A stretch of 64,000 nt of DNA, taken from assembly GCA_963674745.2 (NCBI GenBank), contig CAXXDV010000001.1, positions 672,001 to 736,000 on the forward strand, given 5' to 3'. A model generated the notes under the pieces. It searched no databases. It saw only the letters and a program-made list of their open reading frames with translations, and had not been told where the DNA came from. Of this stretch, positions 41,962-51,552 are shown in pieces. The number at the start of each line of letters is the position of its first letter. Position 1 is the stretch's first letter. The translations under genes were made by a program, and so were the position numbers. The DNA is from Desulfosudaceae bacterium (GTDB taxonomy: Bacteria > Desulfobacterota > Desulfobacteria > Desulfobacterales > Desulfosudaceae).

Positions 41962-44274
41962 TTAAAGCGAGGGAAGCCCGTCCAGCATTTTGCCGTCCGA
42001 AGAACCGTTCAACTGAAACCCGACCACGTTCTTGTCGGACGTAAACGAAATGTAAGTGGCGTTACTGATATTCTGTGGCGTGAATATTGCCTCCGCCATG
42101 TTGACCACTTTTTCATGCCCACCGACATTGATGGTGCTGGTAGCTATCGCGGCGCCACTATCGTTATATGCCCTCAGGGTGACGGACGCCTGGCTGTTTT
42201 CGGTATTGACAAAGGCAATGCCGGTCCAGCCGCTTTTTTCGATCTTGGCAAAAACGCCCTGCTTCGCGCCGGTGCCGCTGCCTTCGGCGTAAGCCGCCAG
42301 CAGTTTGCCGTTGATTGTACCAAACAGTTCAAATCCGCTTAATGGCCGCGTGGCATCAATTTTAAACCAGGCGGTCTCGGCGTCAAGCCCCAGGTTCTTG
42401 ACCACACCGATATATTTTTCACCGCCTGCAATGGACAGGTTAAAAGGCGTCAGGGCCGTCCCGGTCTCACTATAGGGAGAAACCGTCAAGTCAGATGCCA
42501 TGGCCGATGGGTTATAAGCGACTATGCCTGTCCACCAGGTGTTCATGTCGGCCACATGGGGATAGTATATGGTCGAGACCGTGTCATCCGTCAGCAAAAG
42601 GCCGTCCAGCTGGGTGTCGTTACCAAACAGTTCCAAACCGATGACGCCGCTGGCGTTGCTGATCACACCCGACTTGATGGCGGTCTGCGGTTGTCCGCCG
42701 AACAGGCCGGCCACGGTAAAAATTTTGTGCTCGTTGGCATTGATGGTATAGTTGACACTCCGGCCATCATTGAAAGTAATGGTCATATTCTTCGTTGCCG
42801 AGGTGGTGTTAACCAGGCTGATCCCGGTCCAGAAGCTGGCGTTGGAGGCGATATGCGAAATATAGATATCCGACGCATTGACCTCGTCAACCGCGGGAAT
42901 GGCGGTCCGGTAGAGCCCGTTCTGAAAAAACTTTGTATAGCCCCGGACGACCCCTTCGGTATCTGAATAAAAAACGATATAGCCGATGTTGGCATGATTA
43001 GTAAATTCATTGGCAACGGTGATCTGCTTCCGTCCGTGGGCGGCAAGTGAAACGGTTTGGGTCTCAACCAGTTCACCGCTGTTGCTGAAGCCTGACAGCG
43101 TTCCACTGACCGTTTGACTGCCGGTGTTGATAAGAGCGATCTCTGTCTGCCAGGGAGTCCGGGTTGAAACATGCGGAAAATAAAGGGGATAACCATCTGA
43201 ACCGGCAGTCGATCTGGCGACACACACCGTAAGCTGGGGATCGTCATAATCACTGGTGATGACAAGCAGGTCTTTTCCGCAATCCATAATCCCGGCCAGA
43301 GAGGCATCACCTCCCTGTGTAATTATCCCGTTTGCGTTCATGGTCAAGGTGCCTGAACCCATGCCGGAATCCTGATCTGAATCACTCCAGTTGGTGGTGA
43401 AGTTTCCGACGGCATCGAAATTCAAGTCGGCCCGTTCCCAGCCTTCCCAGCCCGAGGCCGAAGAGTAAACTGAATGGGCTTTCCACTCGCCGGCAAGGTC
43501 GGAAGCACTGAACGCAGACCCGCATTGCTTAACCGCAATCATCAGTGAAGGGTCACCGGCGCCCTCGTATTCACCTGTCATGACAAACAGATTCTTGTCA
43601 GGGCTCATAATACCCTCAAAAGAGGGGACGCCTGTGAGCGTGATGATACCGCTGGAATCAATGGCCAGTGTTCCTGCAGTCGTGCCGGAATCCAGGTCCG
43701 AGTCTATCCAGTTGGCCGTAAAGTTTCCGGAATTATCGATGGCAAACGCTGTCCGGTCCCAGCCTTCCCAACCCGAGGCCGTAGAATGAATCAAATGCGC
43801 ATTCCAGTTGCCCGCAAGATCGGAAGCACTAAATGAAGTCCCGGTCTGTTTGACACCGACCATTAAAAAGGGATCATATCCAGGATTGGAATATTGGCCT
43901 GTCATGACAAACAGGTTTTTATCAGACCGCATTATACCTTCTACCGAGGAACCATAAGCCGGGATTGTTATTATCCCGTTGGCATCAATAGCCAGGGCGC
44001 CGGCATCCGTACCGGAATCCATGTCCGAGTCCACCCATGTAGCCGTAAAATTTCCGGAATTGTCCACCGTAAGACTCGTACGGTCCCAACCTTCCCAGCC
44101 CGAAGCTGAAGAATTCATCATGTGCGCTTTCCAGCTGCCCGAAAGATCGGCGGATGAAAAAGCATCGGCCGCAAAAGACAGGGTGCCGCTAAACAGCATA
44201 ATAACAGTTACCAGACAAGCACTCAGAACAGCCGTGTGCTTAAACCCGACCTTCAGTGTTTCTTCGTTTCGCAT
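41962..44274 (-). CDS. Exported modular protein: three tandem ~105-aa beta repeats plus C-terminal repeated beta-sandwich-like domains
   Basis: Signal peptide; FS.SDL.G.W.AH..SGWEGW three times; Y.PHV..WTGI..N repeats; AAGGAG RBS. Confidence 0.75.
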   Translation of the reverse strand: MRNEETLKVGFKHTAVLSACLVTVIMLFSGTLSFAADAFSSADLSGSWKAHMMNSSASGWEGWDRTSLTVDNSGNFTATWVDSDMDSGTDAGALAIDANGIITIPAYGSSVEGIMRSDKNLFVMTGQYSNPGYDPFLMVGVKQTGTSFSASDLAGNWNAHLIHSTASGWEGWDRTAFAIDNSGNFTANWIDSDLDSGTTAGTLAIDSSGIITLTGVPSFEGIMSPDKNLFVMTGEYEGAGDPSLMIAVKQCGSAFSASDLAGEWKAHSVYSSASGWEGWERADLNFDAVGNFTTNWSDSDQDSGMGSGTLTMNANGIITQGGDASLAGIMDCGKDLLVITSDYDDPQLTVCVARSTAGSDGYPLYFPHVSTRTPWQTEIALINTGSQTVSGTLSGFSNSGELVETQTVSLAAHGRKQITVANEFTNHANIGYIVFYSDTEGVVRGYTKFFQNGLYRTAIPAVDEVNASDIYISHIASNASFWTGISLVNTTSATKNMTITFNDGRSVNYTINANEHKIFTVAGLFGGQPQTAIKSGVISNASGVIGLELFGNDTQLDGLLLTDDTVSTIYYPHVADMNTWWTGIVAYNPSAMASDLTVSPYSETGTALTPFNLSIAGGEKYIGVVKNLGLDAETAWFKIDATRPLSGFELFGTINGKLLAAYAEGSGTGAKQGVFAKIEKSGWTGIAFVNTENSQASVTLRAYNDSGAAIATSTINVGGHEKVVNMAEAIFTPQNISNATYISFTSDKNVVGFQLNGSSDGKMLDGLPSL

Positions 44275-44586
44275 GGGGACTCCTTTAAAATTTTTGCTGT
44301 TTCCTGTTTCCCAGCATCAGCCAGCGCCAAAACATGACGCACAGGTTCTCGCTGACCGATTATATTTGTTTGCGTTATATCAACCTGCTGAAAGGGTCAA
44401 GTTTTTTTTGCCGTGCCGCCATTGTCACCGATCAAACAAAAAGTGATGAAATTTTGCCGGCCGCTATTCAAACACTTCAAAAACTGATATAATTTTAAAA
44501 TAATATTAATTACGAGATAAGCAGGGAGCCGGAAAAACCGGCGCTCAACAATTTGTATTGTATTAACCGGAAAACAGGGAGGAAGC

Positions 44587-44949
44587 ATGAGGCGGATCGT
44601 ATTAATTCTGGCAATCGCAACGGTATTATGTACCGGATGTTCTCAACGTATTCTGGACTTTACCATCATTTCGTCAAAAAATGTTGATTTATCTCGTGCC
44701 GACACCTGGGAACAAGCCTCATGGCGTGTTAAGGGAGTCGATACGGCCCACTGGATCATCTTCTTTCCGACCGGAATACCTGACGCAAAAGAAGCCATGG
44801 ATCGTGCCATCGAGTCCCAGCCGGGCGCGGTGGCCCTTGTCGACGGCGTCGTCTCATACAAAGGTTGGATGATCCCGCTGCTTTATGGACAGCAGAAGTA
44901 TATTGTTGAAGGTTCCCCCCTGATTGACCCCAAGCTGAAAAGGCCTTAA
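44587..44949 (+). CDS. Small hypothetical lipoprotein
   Basis: GGAGG RBS, lipobox LCTGC, DFTIISSKNV..EAMDRAIE. Confidence 0.75.
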   Translation: MRRIVLILAIATVLCTGCSQRILDFTIISSKNVDLSRADTWEQASWRVKGVDTAHWIIFFPTGIPDAKEAMDRAIESQPGAVALVDGVVSYKGWMIPLLYGQQKYIVEGSPLIDPKLKRP

Positions 44950-44983
44950 CGCGAAATAACGACTAAAGACACTGCAATTGCAT

Positions 44984-45013
44984 AAAAGGCCGGGCGGTTT
45001 TGCCCGGCCTTTT
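44984..45013 (+). terminator. Rho-independent terminator
   Basis: AAAAGGCCGGGC-loop-GCCCGGCCTTTT. Confidence 0.8.
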
Positions 45014-45131
45014 GTCGTTCCCGGCCAAAAACATTACCCCGCCGCAATTAAGGCCTGTGACGAGAGACCGGAAAAAGCGGAAAACGGTTTGCGCGCAGGG
45101 TTGGCTGTGGGTCAGGCCTTTTTCAGACCAT

Positions 45132-45170
45132 AAAAAAAGGGGTTAAGATTTTCTCTTAACCCCTTGTTTT
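45132..45170 (-). terminator. Terminator of the tRNA gene
   Basis: AAGGGGTTAAGA-loop-TCTTAACCCCTT stem with a T run on the minus strand. Confidence 0.85.
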
Positions 45171-45175
45171 ATTTT

Positions 45176-45252
<77 letters not shown>

Positions 45253-45272
45253 TCAAATTAGAGTAATTTTGT

Positions 45273-45300
45273 ATTATAGTTTGTTCCGCCGTTGTGTCAA
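45273..45300 (-). promoter_or_regulatory. Consensus sigma70 promoter of tRNA-fMet
   Basis: TTGACA-16 bp-TATAAT on the minus strand. Confidence 0.85.
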
Positions 45301-45313
45301 GAGGTTTTTATCA

Positions 45314-45625
45314 TTAATAATCGGCAATCAGCGCTTTAATCCGTGCTTGATTCTCTTTTCCCTGTTTGTCCGTTGAAAAGCGGGCCATTACCTGCTTTTG
45401 TCGGGAGGATTGCCCGGAAATGATTTCAAGATCGGTTTTGGGCATCTGAAATGTTTTGGCCAGAAAAGAAACACACATCTTATTGGCCGCCCCGTCTACC
45501 GGCGGCGCTTTGAGTTTTACTTTAAGCGCGTCCCCATGACGCCCCACAATCTGATTTTTAGAGGATCTGGGCACGGCCAGCACTTTGAATTCCAGAGAAC
45601 CCGATGTTTCTTTAACGGGAATCAT
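45314..45625 (-). CDS. DUF167 (YggU/UPF0235) protein
   Basis: PRSSKN.IVG, LKVKL.APPVDG.AN, IISG..SR.K. Confidence 0.9.
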   Translation of the reverse strand: MIPVKETSGSLEFKVLAVPRSSKNQIVGRHGDALKVKLKAPPVDGAANKMCVSFLAKTFQMPKTDLEIISGQSSRQKQVMARFSTDKQGKENQARIKALIADY

Positions 45626-45644
45626 GCGGCCTCCGCACTGGTTC

Positions 45645-46253
45645 TTACAGATTCAGGGCCTCGACCAGTCGTTCTTTTAACTGTTCGTACGTGGTGGTAA
45701 CGGGAAATTGCGGGAATTCCGTGATCACATTTTCCGGGGGCCGAAACAGGATGCCACTGGCCGCTTCTTTGAGCATGCTGATATCGTTGTATGAGTCGCC
45801 CATGGCCGTAATCCGGTAATTCAGGCTTTTCAGGGCCTGGACGGTTTTCCTTTTGCCGTCCTGCTGACGAAGGGTATAATCGACGACATCCCCCTTATCG
45901 CCGATAACCAGGGTATTACAGAACAGGGTCGGCATCTTCAGTTTTTCCATCAAAGGGCCGGCAAACTGGGTGAAGGTATCAGACACAACAATCACCTGGA
46001 CTTCCCGACGCAACCAGTCCAGAAAATCCACCGCCCCTTCCAGAGGCTCAAGGGTGGCGATAACATCTGTAATATCTTTTAATTTCAGGTTGTTTTCAGC
46101 CAGGATACCCAGTCTTTTTTTCATCAGCACATCATAATCGGATATATCCCGGGTGGTCAGTTTAAGTTCCTCGATACCGGTTTTAAGGGCCACATTAATC
46201 CAGATCTCGGGCACAAACACACCTTCCAGGTCGCTACAGACAATATTCATCAT
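45645..46253 (-). CDS. thrH: Bifunctional phosphoserine phosphatase/homoserine phosphotransferase
   Basis: DLEGVFVPEIWI, TTRDISDYDVLM, SDTF, GDSYND. Confidence 0.93.
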   Translation of the reverse strand: MMNIVCSDLEGVFVPEIWINVALKTGIEELKLTTRDISDYDVLMKKRLGILAENNLKLKDITDVIATLEPLEGAVDFLDWLRREVQVIVVSDTFTQFAGPLMEKLKMPTLFCNTLVIGDKGDVVDYTLRQQDGKRKTVQALKSLNYRITAMGDSYNDISMLKEAASGILFRPPENVITEFPQFPVTTTYEQLKERLVEALNL

Positions 46254-46263
46254 AAATCTTTTC

Positions 46264-47586
46264 CTATTCAGTTTCTCCATCGACATCGTCAATGCGGATC
46301 AGCATCGGTTTGTCGGTCACAATGTCCAGGGCCGCGATTTCCGTCAGTGCCTGCTTGACGTCAGCTTCATAAGCCAGATGCGAGATCATGACCAGCGGCA
46401 CTTGTCCGCCGTCGACAACCCGCCCTTTCTGCTGAACCGATTCGATGCTGATATTATGGTTTCCCAGGATACCGGCAATTTTCGAAAGCACACCCGGCCG
46501 GTCAGAAGCGGTAAAACGGAAATAATAACGGGTAAGCAGATTATCCATGGGCAGCACCGGCATCGGCTTGACGGCGCCGTCTTGATACGAAAGAGCCGGA
46601 ACACGCTGTTTCATGCCCCCGGCGATATTTCTGGCCAGGTCCACAATATCGGACAACACCGCGCTGGCGGTGGGCATCATACCGGCCCCATGGCCATAAA
46701 GAAGGATGTCACCCACGCAGTCACCGGAAACCGTCACCGCGTTCAGGGAACCGTTGACACTGGATAAAAGATTGTCTTCCGGGATCATGGTCGGATGGAT
46801 TCTGGCCTCCACACCGCCCTTGGTCCGTTTGCTGATGGCCAGCAGTTTGATCCGGTAACCAAAGGCTTCGGCAAACTCGATATCCAGAGGGGTGATGGAC
46901 CGGATGCCCTCAACGTAAATATCCTTTAAATTGATGGTCATGCCGAAACTGATGGCATTCAAAATGGCCAGCTTGTGCGCCGTATCCATGCCGTCAATAT
47001 CCAGGGTGGGATCGGCTTCGGCAAAGCCCTTGTCCTGAGCTTCTTTTAAAGCGACGTCAAAAGCACATCGCTCTTCGGTAATTTTGGTCAGAATATAGTT
47101 GCAGGTGCCGTTTAGAATCCCCCGGATGGAGTCAATCCGGTTGGCGACCAGAGACTCCCGGATGGTCTTGATAATGGGCATGCATCCGCCCACGCTTGCT
47201 TCATAGGCGATATCCACGTTTTTTTCCGCCGCCTGTGAAAAAATTTCACCGCCGTGGTTTGACAGCAACGCTTTATTGGCGGTGACAATGTGTTTGCCGT
47301 TCTCAATGGCACGCAACATCAGGTCTTTGGCAATGGTTTCGCCGCCGATCAACTCGACAATAATATCAATTTCCGGATCGCTGATAACCGCCCCGGCATC
47401 TGCCGTCATCACACCCGGTTCCAGGGCCAGACCCCGGTCCCGCTCGGTATCGATATCAGCGATGTTTTTTAATTTTAATATCAAACCGCTCCTGGCAGCA
47501 ATCAGGGACTGCTTGTCCAGCAGCGTTTTAGCCACGCCGGTGCCAACCGTGCCGCAACCGAGCAGACCAATTGAGATTGTTTTCAT
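46264..47586 (-). CDS. hom: Homoserine dehydrogenase with ACT domain
   Basis: GCGTVG, VTANKAL, EASVGG, GILNGTCNYIL, AEADPTLD, DRPGVL. Confidence 0.96.
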   Translation of the reverse strand: MKTISIGLLGCGTVGTGVAKTLLDKQSLIAARSGLILKLKNIADIDTERDRGLALEPGVMTADAGAVISDPEIDIIVELIGGETIAKDLMLRAIENGKHIVTANKALLSNHGGEIFSQAAEKNVDIAYEASVGGCMPIIKTIRESLVANRIDSIRGILNGTCNYILTKITEERCAFDVALKEAQDKGFAEADPTLDIDGMDTAHKLAILNAISFGMTINLKDIYVEGIRSITPLDIEFAEAFGYRIKLLAISKRTKGGVEARIHPTMIPEDNLLSSVNGSLNAVTVSGDCVGDILLYGHGAGMMPTASAVLSDIVDLARNIAGGMKQRVPALSYQDGAVKPMPVLPMDNLLTRYYFRFTASDRPGVLSKIAGILGNHNISIESVQQKGRVVDGGQVPLVMISHLAYEADVKQALTEIAALDIVTDKPMLIRIDDVDGETE

Positions 47587-47685
47587 TAAACACCTTTTTA
47601 CTGTTAGTATTACCGCTTTTTAATCAATCTATCGGCAGAAAAGGCCTCCGGAATTCGAAGGGAGTCGAGAAATTGAATGCCCTTT

Positions 47686-47722
47686 CCCTCGACCCCTTGA
47701 ATCCTTGAACCCTGGAATCCTT
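47686..47722. repeat. CCTTGAAT-type octamer tandem repeat
   Basis: CCTCGACC CCTTGAAT CCTTGAAC CCTGGAAT; reverse complement resembles 8573-8601. Confidence 0.6.
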
Positions 47723-48890
47723 ATATTATCTTTTTAATGCCCCGGACCGCCTGATTGATACGCATTTCGTTTTCAATCAGCGCGAAGCGGACATAGTCGT
47801 CACCGTATTCGCCGAACCCCAGCCCGGGTGAAACCGCAACCTGGGATTCATGGATCAGCATTTTGGAAAATTCCACCGAGCCCATTTCCCTAAATTTTTC
47901 CGGGATTCTGGCCCAGACAAACATGGTGGCCTTCGGCTTTTCGATGGACCAGCCCACCCGGTTCAACCCGTTTACCAGGGTGTCCCGGCGGGACCGGTAG
48001 GTTTCGCAGATGTCCTGAACGCATTCCTGGGGACCGTTCAAGGCGATAATGGACGCGATCTGAATGGGCTGGAACATGCCGTAATCCAGGTAGCTTTTGA
48101 TCCGCCGCAGAGCCGCCACGATATGCCGGTTGCCGACACAAAAACCGACCCGCCAGCCGGGCATGCTGTAGCTTTTTGACAGAGAGAAAAACTCTACTCC
48201 CACATCCTTGGCCCCTTCCACCTGTAGAAAACTCGGGGCCTGGTAACCGTCAAACACGAGGTCGGCATAGGCGAAATCATGGATGACCATGACATCATAT
48301 TTTCTCGCATAGGCCACGATTTCCTTGAAAAAATCCAGTTCCACAATTTCGGTGGTCGGGTTATGCGGATAGCAAAGCACCAGGACCTTGGGCTTGGGCC
48401 AGCTCTGCCGGGTAGCGTCGGTAAGGTTCTTGAGAAAATCTTCCCCCGGCCCCACCGGAATGCCGCGAACACTGCCGCCGGCGATGATGGTAGCGTAGGG
48501 ATGAATGGGATAAGTCGGGCTGGGGGTAAACACCAGATCACCGGGACGGATCGTCACCAGGATGAGATGAGAGAAACCCTCTTTCACCCCCATGGTGGCA
48601 ATCGCTTCTTCCTCATAATCAATACCTACGTCGTAGCGGCGCTGGTACCAGTCGGCGATGGCCATACGGAGTTTACGGATCCCCATGGAAGCCGAATAGC
48701 GGTGATTATGGCCTTTTTCGGCCGCTTCCACCAGCTTGGCAACCACGTGATCCGGTGTCGACAAATCGGGGTTTCCCATACCCAGATCGATAATATCCTT
48801 ACCCGCCCGCCGTTCCTCCATCTTGATCTGGTTGACCGTGGCAAACACATAGGGCGGCAGGCGATCAAGCCTTCCAAATTTAGTATTCAT
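47721..48890 (-). CDS. alaC: Class I/II PLP aminotransferase, AlaC-like
   Basis: [55 protein letters not shown]. Confidence 0.85.
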   Translation of the reverse strand: MNTKFGRLDRLPPYVFATVNQIKMEERRAGKDIIDLGMGNPDLSTPDHVVAKLVEAAEKGHNHRYSASMGIRKLRMAIADWYQRRYDVGIDYEEEAIATMGVKEGFSHLILVTIRPGDLVFTPSPTYPIHPYATIIAGGSVRGIPVGPGEDFLKNLTDATRQSWPKPKVLVLCYPHNPTTEIVELDFFKEIVAYARKYDVMVIHDFAYADLVFDGYQAPSFLQVEGAKDVGVEFFSLSKSYSMPGWRVGFCVGNRHIVAALRRIKSYLDYGMFQPIQIASIIALNGPQECVQDICETYRSRRDTLVNGLNRVGWSIEKPKATMFVWARIPEKFREMGSVEFSKMLIHESQVAVSPGLGFGEYGDDYVRFALIENEMRINQAVRGIKKII

Positions 48891-48963
48891 TCTTTCTTCC
48901 TTTTCAAACAAAGATAAACACACCATAATTACTACAGGTCAACGGCCGCTGTCAAAAAATATT

Positions 48964-48992
48964 TTGACTTTTCACAGGCATAACGTTAATAT
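48964..48992 (+). promoter_or_regulatory. Sigma70-type promoter candidate for purM
   Basis: TTGACT-17 bp-TAATAT. Confidence 0.55.
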
Positions 48993-49051
48993 TGTTGGTC
49001 TTTGGCTACAAATAATTCTACGCATGCAAGATATATGATAAGGACGCGGAT

Positions 49052-50092
49052 ATGACTTCAATAACATATAAAGACGCCGGTGTTGACATTGACAAAGGCA
49101 ACGCCTTTGTCGAACAGATCAAAAAAATCGCCAAAAAAACGCATCGGCGCGGGGTGATTGACGATATCGGTGGATTTGGCGGTTTGTTCTCGCTGGACAC
49201 CTCCGGCATGAAAAATCCGGTACTGGTCAGTTCCACCGATGGTGTCGGCACCAAGCTGAAAATTGCCTTCATGACCGGCAAGCATGATACGGTCGGTATC
49301 GATCTGGTGGCCATGTGTGTCAACGACGTCGCTGTGCAAGGGGCCGAACCCCTCTTTTTTCTGGACTACCTGGCCACAGGCAAGCTGGACATCAAAATCG
49401 CCACCGACGTGGTCAAAGGCATCGGGGACGGCTGTCAGCAGGCAGGGTGCGCGCTGATTGGCGGCGAAACAGCAGAGATGCCTGATTTTTATAAGAAAAA
49501 TGAATACGACCTGGCCGGCTTCACGGTCGGCATCGTCAACAACAGCCAGATTATTGACGGCTCGGACATACGGGTAGGCGACAAGGTTATCGGTATCGCC
49601 TCCAGCGGCCTTCACAGCAACGGCTATTCGATGGTGCGAAAAATATGCTTTGATATCCTGAAACTTAAACTCGAGGGCCATATTGAAGAATTCGGCCGCG
49701 CCCTGGGCGAAGAGCTGCTGGAACCGACCCGTATATATTCCGAATTGATCAAACGACTGATAAAAATGTTTACCATTCGCGGCCTGGCCCATATCACCGG
49801 CGGCGGCCTGGCGGAAAACCTGGCCCGTATCCTGCCCCAGACCTGCACCGCCGAAATCGCCGCGGGTTCATGGGACGTGCCGCCCGTATTCCGTTTTCTG
49901 CAACAAGGCGGCAATGTTTCCGACGATGAAATGCAACGAACCTTTAACAACGGCATCGGACTGGTGATCGTCGTATCTAAAAAGCAGTGTCAGGAAGTCC
50001 TGCAGAGCATTGAAGCCATGGGAGAAAAGGCGTTTCTGATCGGCGAAATAAAGTCCCGCAAGGAAAAGGCAACCCATGTTTACTTCAAGTAA
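49052..50092 (+). CDS. purM: Phosphoribosylformylglycinamidine cyclo-ligase
   Basis: YKDAGVDI, TDGVGTKL, GGETAEMP, SSGLHSNG, HITGGG. Confidence 0.97.
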   Translation: MTSITYKDAGVDIDKGNAFVEQIKKIAKKTHRRGVIDDIGGFGGLFSLDTSGMKNPVLVSSTDGVGTKLKIAFMTGKHDTVGIDLVAMCVNDVAVQGAEPLFFLDYLATGKLDIKIATDVVKGIGDGCQQAGCALIGGETAEMPDFYKKNEYDLAGFTVGIVNNSQIIDGSDIRVGDKVIGIASSGLHSNGYSMVRKICFDILKLKLEGHIEEFGRALGEELLEPTRIYSELIKRLIKMFTIRGLAHITGGGLAENLARILPQTCTAEIAAGSWDVPPVFRFLQQGGNVSDDEMQRTFNNGIGLVIVVSKKQCQEVLQSIEAMGEKAFLIGEIKSRKEKATHVYFK

Positions 50093-50204
50093 TCCGGATA
50101 AAGATTCCCCTCCGGGATTTTTCAATCGCCTCCGAAAGGGTTTCATTCGTTGGATGGCGCGCATTGAAGAGGCGCAAAAAAAAACCCCTGCCTGTAAAAG
50201 CTGA
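50076..50204 (+). CDS. Putative 42-aa small protein (not in ORF track)
   Basis: MFTSSNPDKDSPPGFFNRLRKGFIRWMARIEEAQKKTPACKS; overlaps the purM end; purine-rich RBS-like sequence upstream. Confidence 0.45.
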   Translation: MFTSSNPDKDSPPGFFNRLRKGFIRWMARIEEAQKKTPACKS

Positions 50205-50325
50205 GGTGTTGCAAGGCGTCCGCCGGTACGGCGGAATCGATAACGGATTTGCGACACCCTGGTCTTGAACTTATTCCTTTGCCACCTGGAATCATATTTG
50301 ACAGAATCATTAGCGGAAGCATTAA

Positions 50326-51324
50326 ATGTATGTTCTGGGTATAGAAAGCTCGTGTGATGAAACAGCCGCAGCGGTTGTCCTAGACGGCCACACCATCCGC
50401 TCCTCGATCGTATCGTCACAGGTGAAGACACACCAGCCCTACGGCGGTGTTGTTCCCGAACTGGCATCGCGAAAACATATTGAAAACATCACCCCGGTTG
50501 TCCGGCAGGCCATAGCCGAAGCAGACCTGACCAACGACCGGATCGACGCCGTGGCCGCCACTCAGGGACCCGGCCTGGTCGGTGCTCTGCTGGTGGGCTT
50601 CTCCTTTGCCAAGGCCTTTGCCTACGCCCTGAACCGACCGCTGGTCGGCGTCAATCACCTGGACGGCCACCTGGCCTCGGTCCTTTTGACCGACAATCCA
50701 CCGGCCTTCCCGTTTGTAGCGCTGCTGGCTTCCGGCGGCCATACGGCCATCTATCATGTCAGGTCCAGGACCGAGGCCGATCTCATGGGGCAGACCCGGG
50801 ATGACGCGGCCGGTGAGGCATTTGACAAAGTCGCCAAAGTCATGGGCCTGGGCTATCCCGGCGGCGGAATCGTCGAACGGTGCGCCGCCCGTGGGGATCC
50901 ATCTGCTATCCGGTTCACACGGCCGTATCTTGATAAAAACGAATTTGATTTCAGCTTCAGCGGCATCAAAACAGCCGTCAGCCGCCAGGTTCAGTTAGCC
51001 GAAGACAATCTGGAAGCAATGATACCGGACATTGCAGCGGGTTTTCAGGAGGCGGTGGCCGATGTGCTGTGCCATAAACTGATTTACGCGGCCAAGGTCA
51101 AGAACACCCGTCATATCGCCCTGGTCGGGGGCGTGGCCGCCAATACCCACCTGCGTCGAAGAATGGCGGAGCAGGCCGAAGAAAACGGTCTGTCACTTCA
51201 CGTTCCACCGATTTCTCTCTGCGGCGACAACGCCGCCATGATTGCGGCTGCCGGATTTTACCGGCTTCAGGAGAGCAGACCGGTCGGTCTTGATGACGAT
51301 GTTTATTCAAGGATACGAGCGTAA
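50326..51324 (+). CDS. tsaD: tRNA N6-adenosine threonylcarbamoyltransferase
   Basis: LGIESSCDETAAA, GGVVPELASR.H, HLDGH, SGGHT, DDAAGEAFDK, DNAAMI. Confidence 0.97.
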   Translation: MYVLGIESSCDETAAAVVLDGHTIRSSIVSSQVKTHQPYGGVVPELASRKHIENITPVVRQAIAEADLTNDRIDAVAATQGPGLVGALLVGFSFAKAFAYALNRPLVGVNHLDGHLASVLLTDNPPAFPFVALLASGGHTAIYHVRSRTEADLMGQTRDDAAGEAFDKVAKVMGLGYPGGGIVERCAARGDPSAIRFTRPYLDKNEFDFSFSGIKTAVSRQVQLAEDNLEAMIPDIAAGFQEAVADVLCHKLIYAAKVKNTRHIALVGGVAANTHLRRRMAEQAEENGLSLHVPPISLCGDNAAMIAAAGFYRLQESRPVGLDDDVYSRIRA

Positions 51325-51393
51325 GCAGACGCCTTTTCGAATTTCTCCGGCAATAATATGTAGCGGAAGGCTGCAAGGCAATCCGCTACGCAC

Positions 51394-51451
51394 GTAGGGG
51401 CAACCCCCTGTGGTTGCCCTTTACCGGGCAGGCACGGGGGCCTGCCCCTAC
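51394..51451. repeat. GTAG-family REP inverted pair
   Basis: GTAGGGGCAACCCCCTGTGGTTGCCC-TTTACC-GGGCAGGCACGGGGGCCTGCCCCTAC. Confidence 0.85.
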
Positions 51452-51552
51452 AATATGCATGAGCATCCGCCCTACAGCATTCGCGATTACCCCACACCAC
51501 TCAAAAAAAGGCCGGCATTGTCTTTCTAAAAAGGGCTACCGCCGGATACACT

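Noticed and set aside
49868..50467. 199-aa minus-strand ORF spanning purM and tsaD
   Set aside because: Overlaps two essential genes on the opposite strand; no motif support
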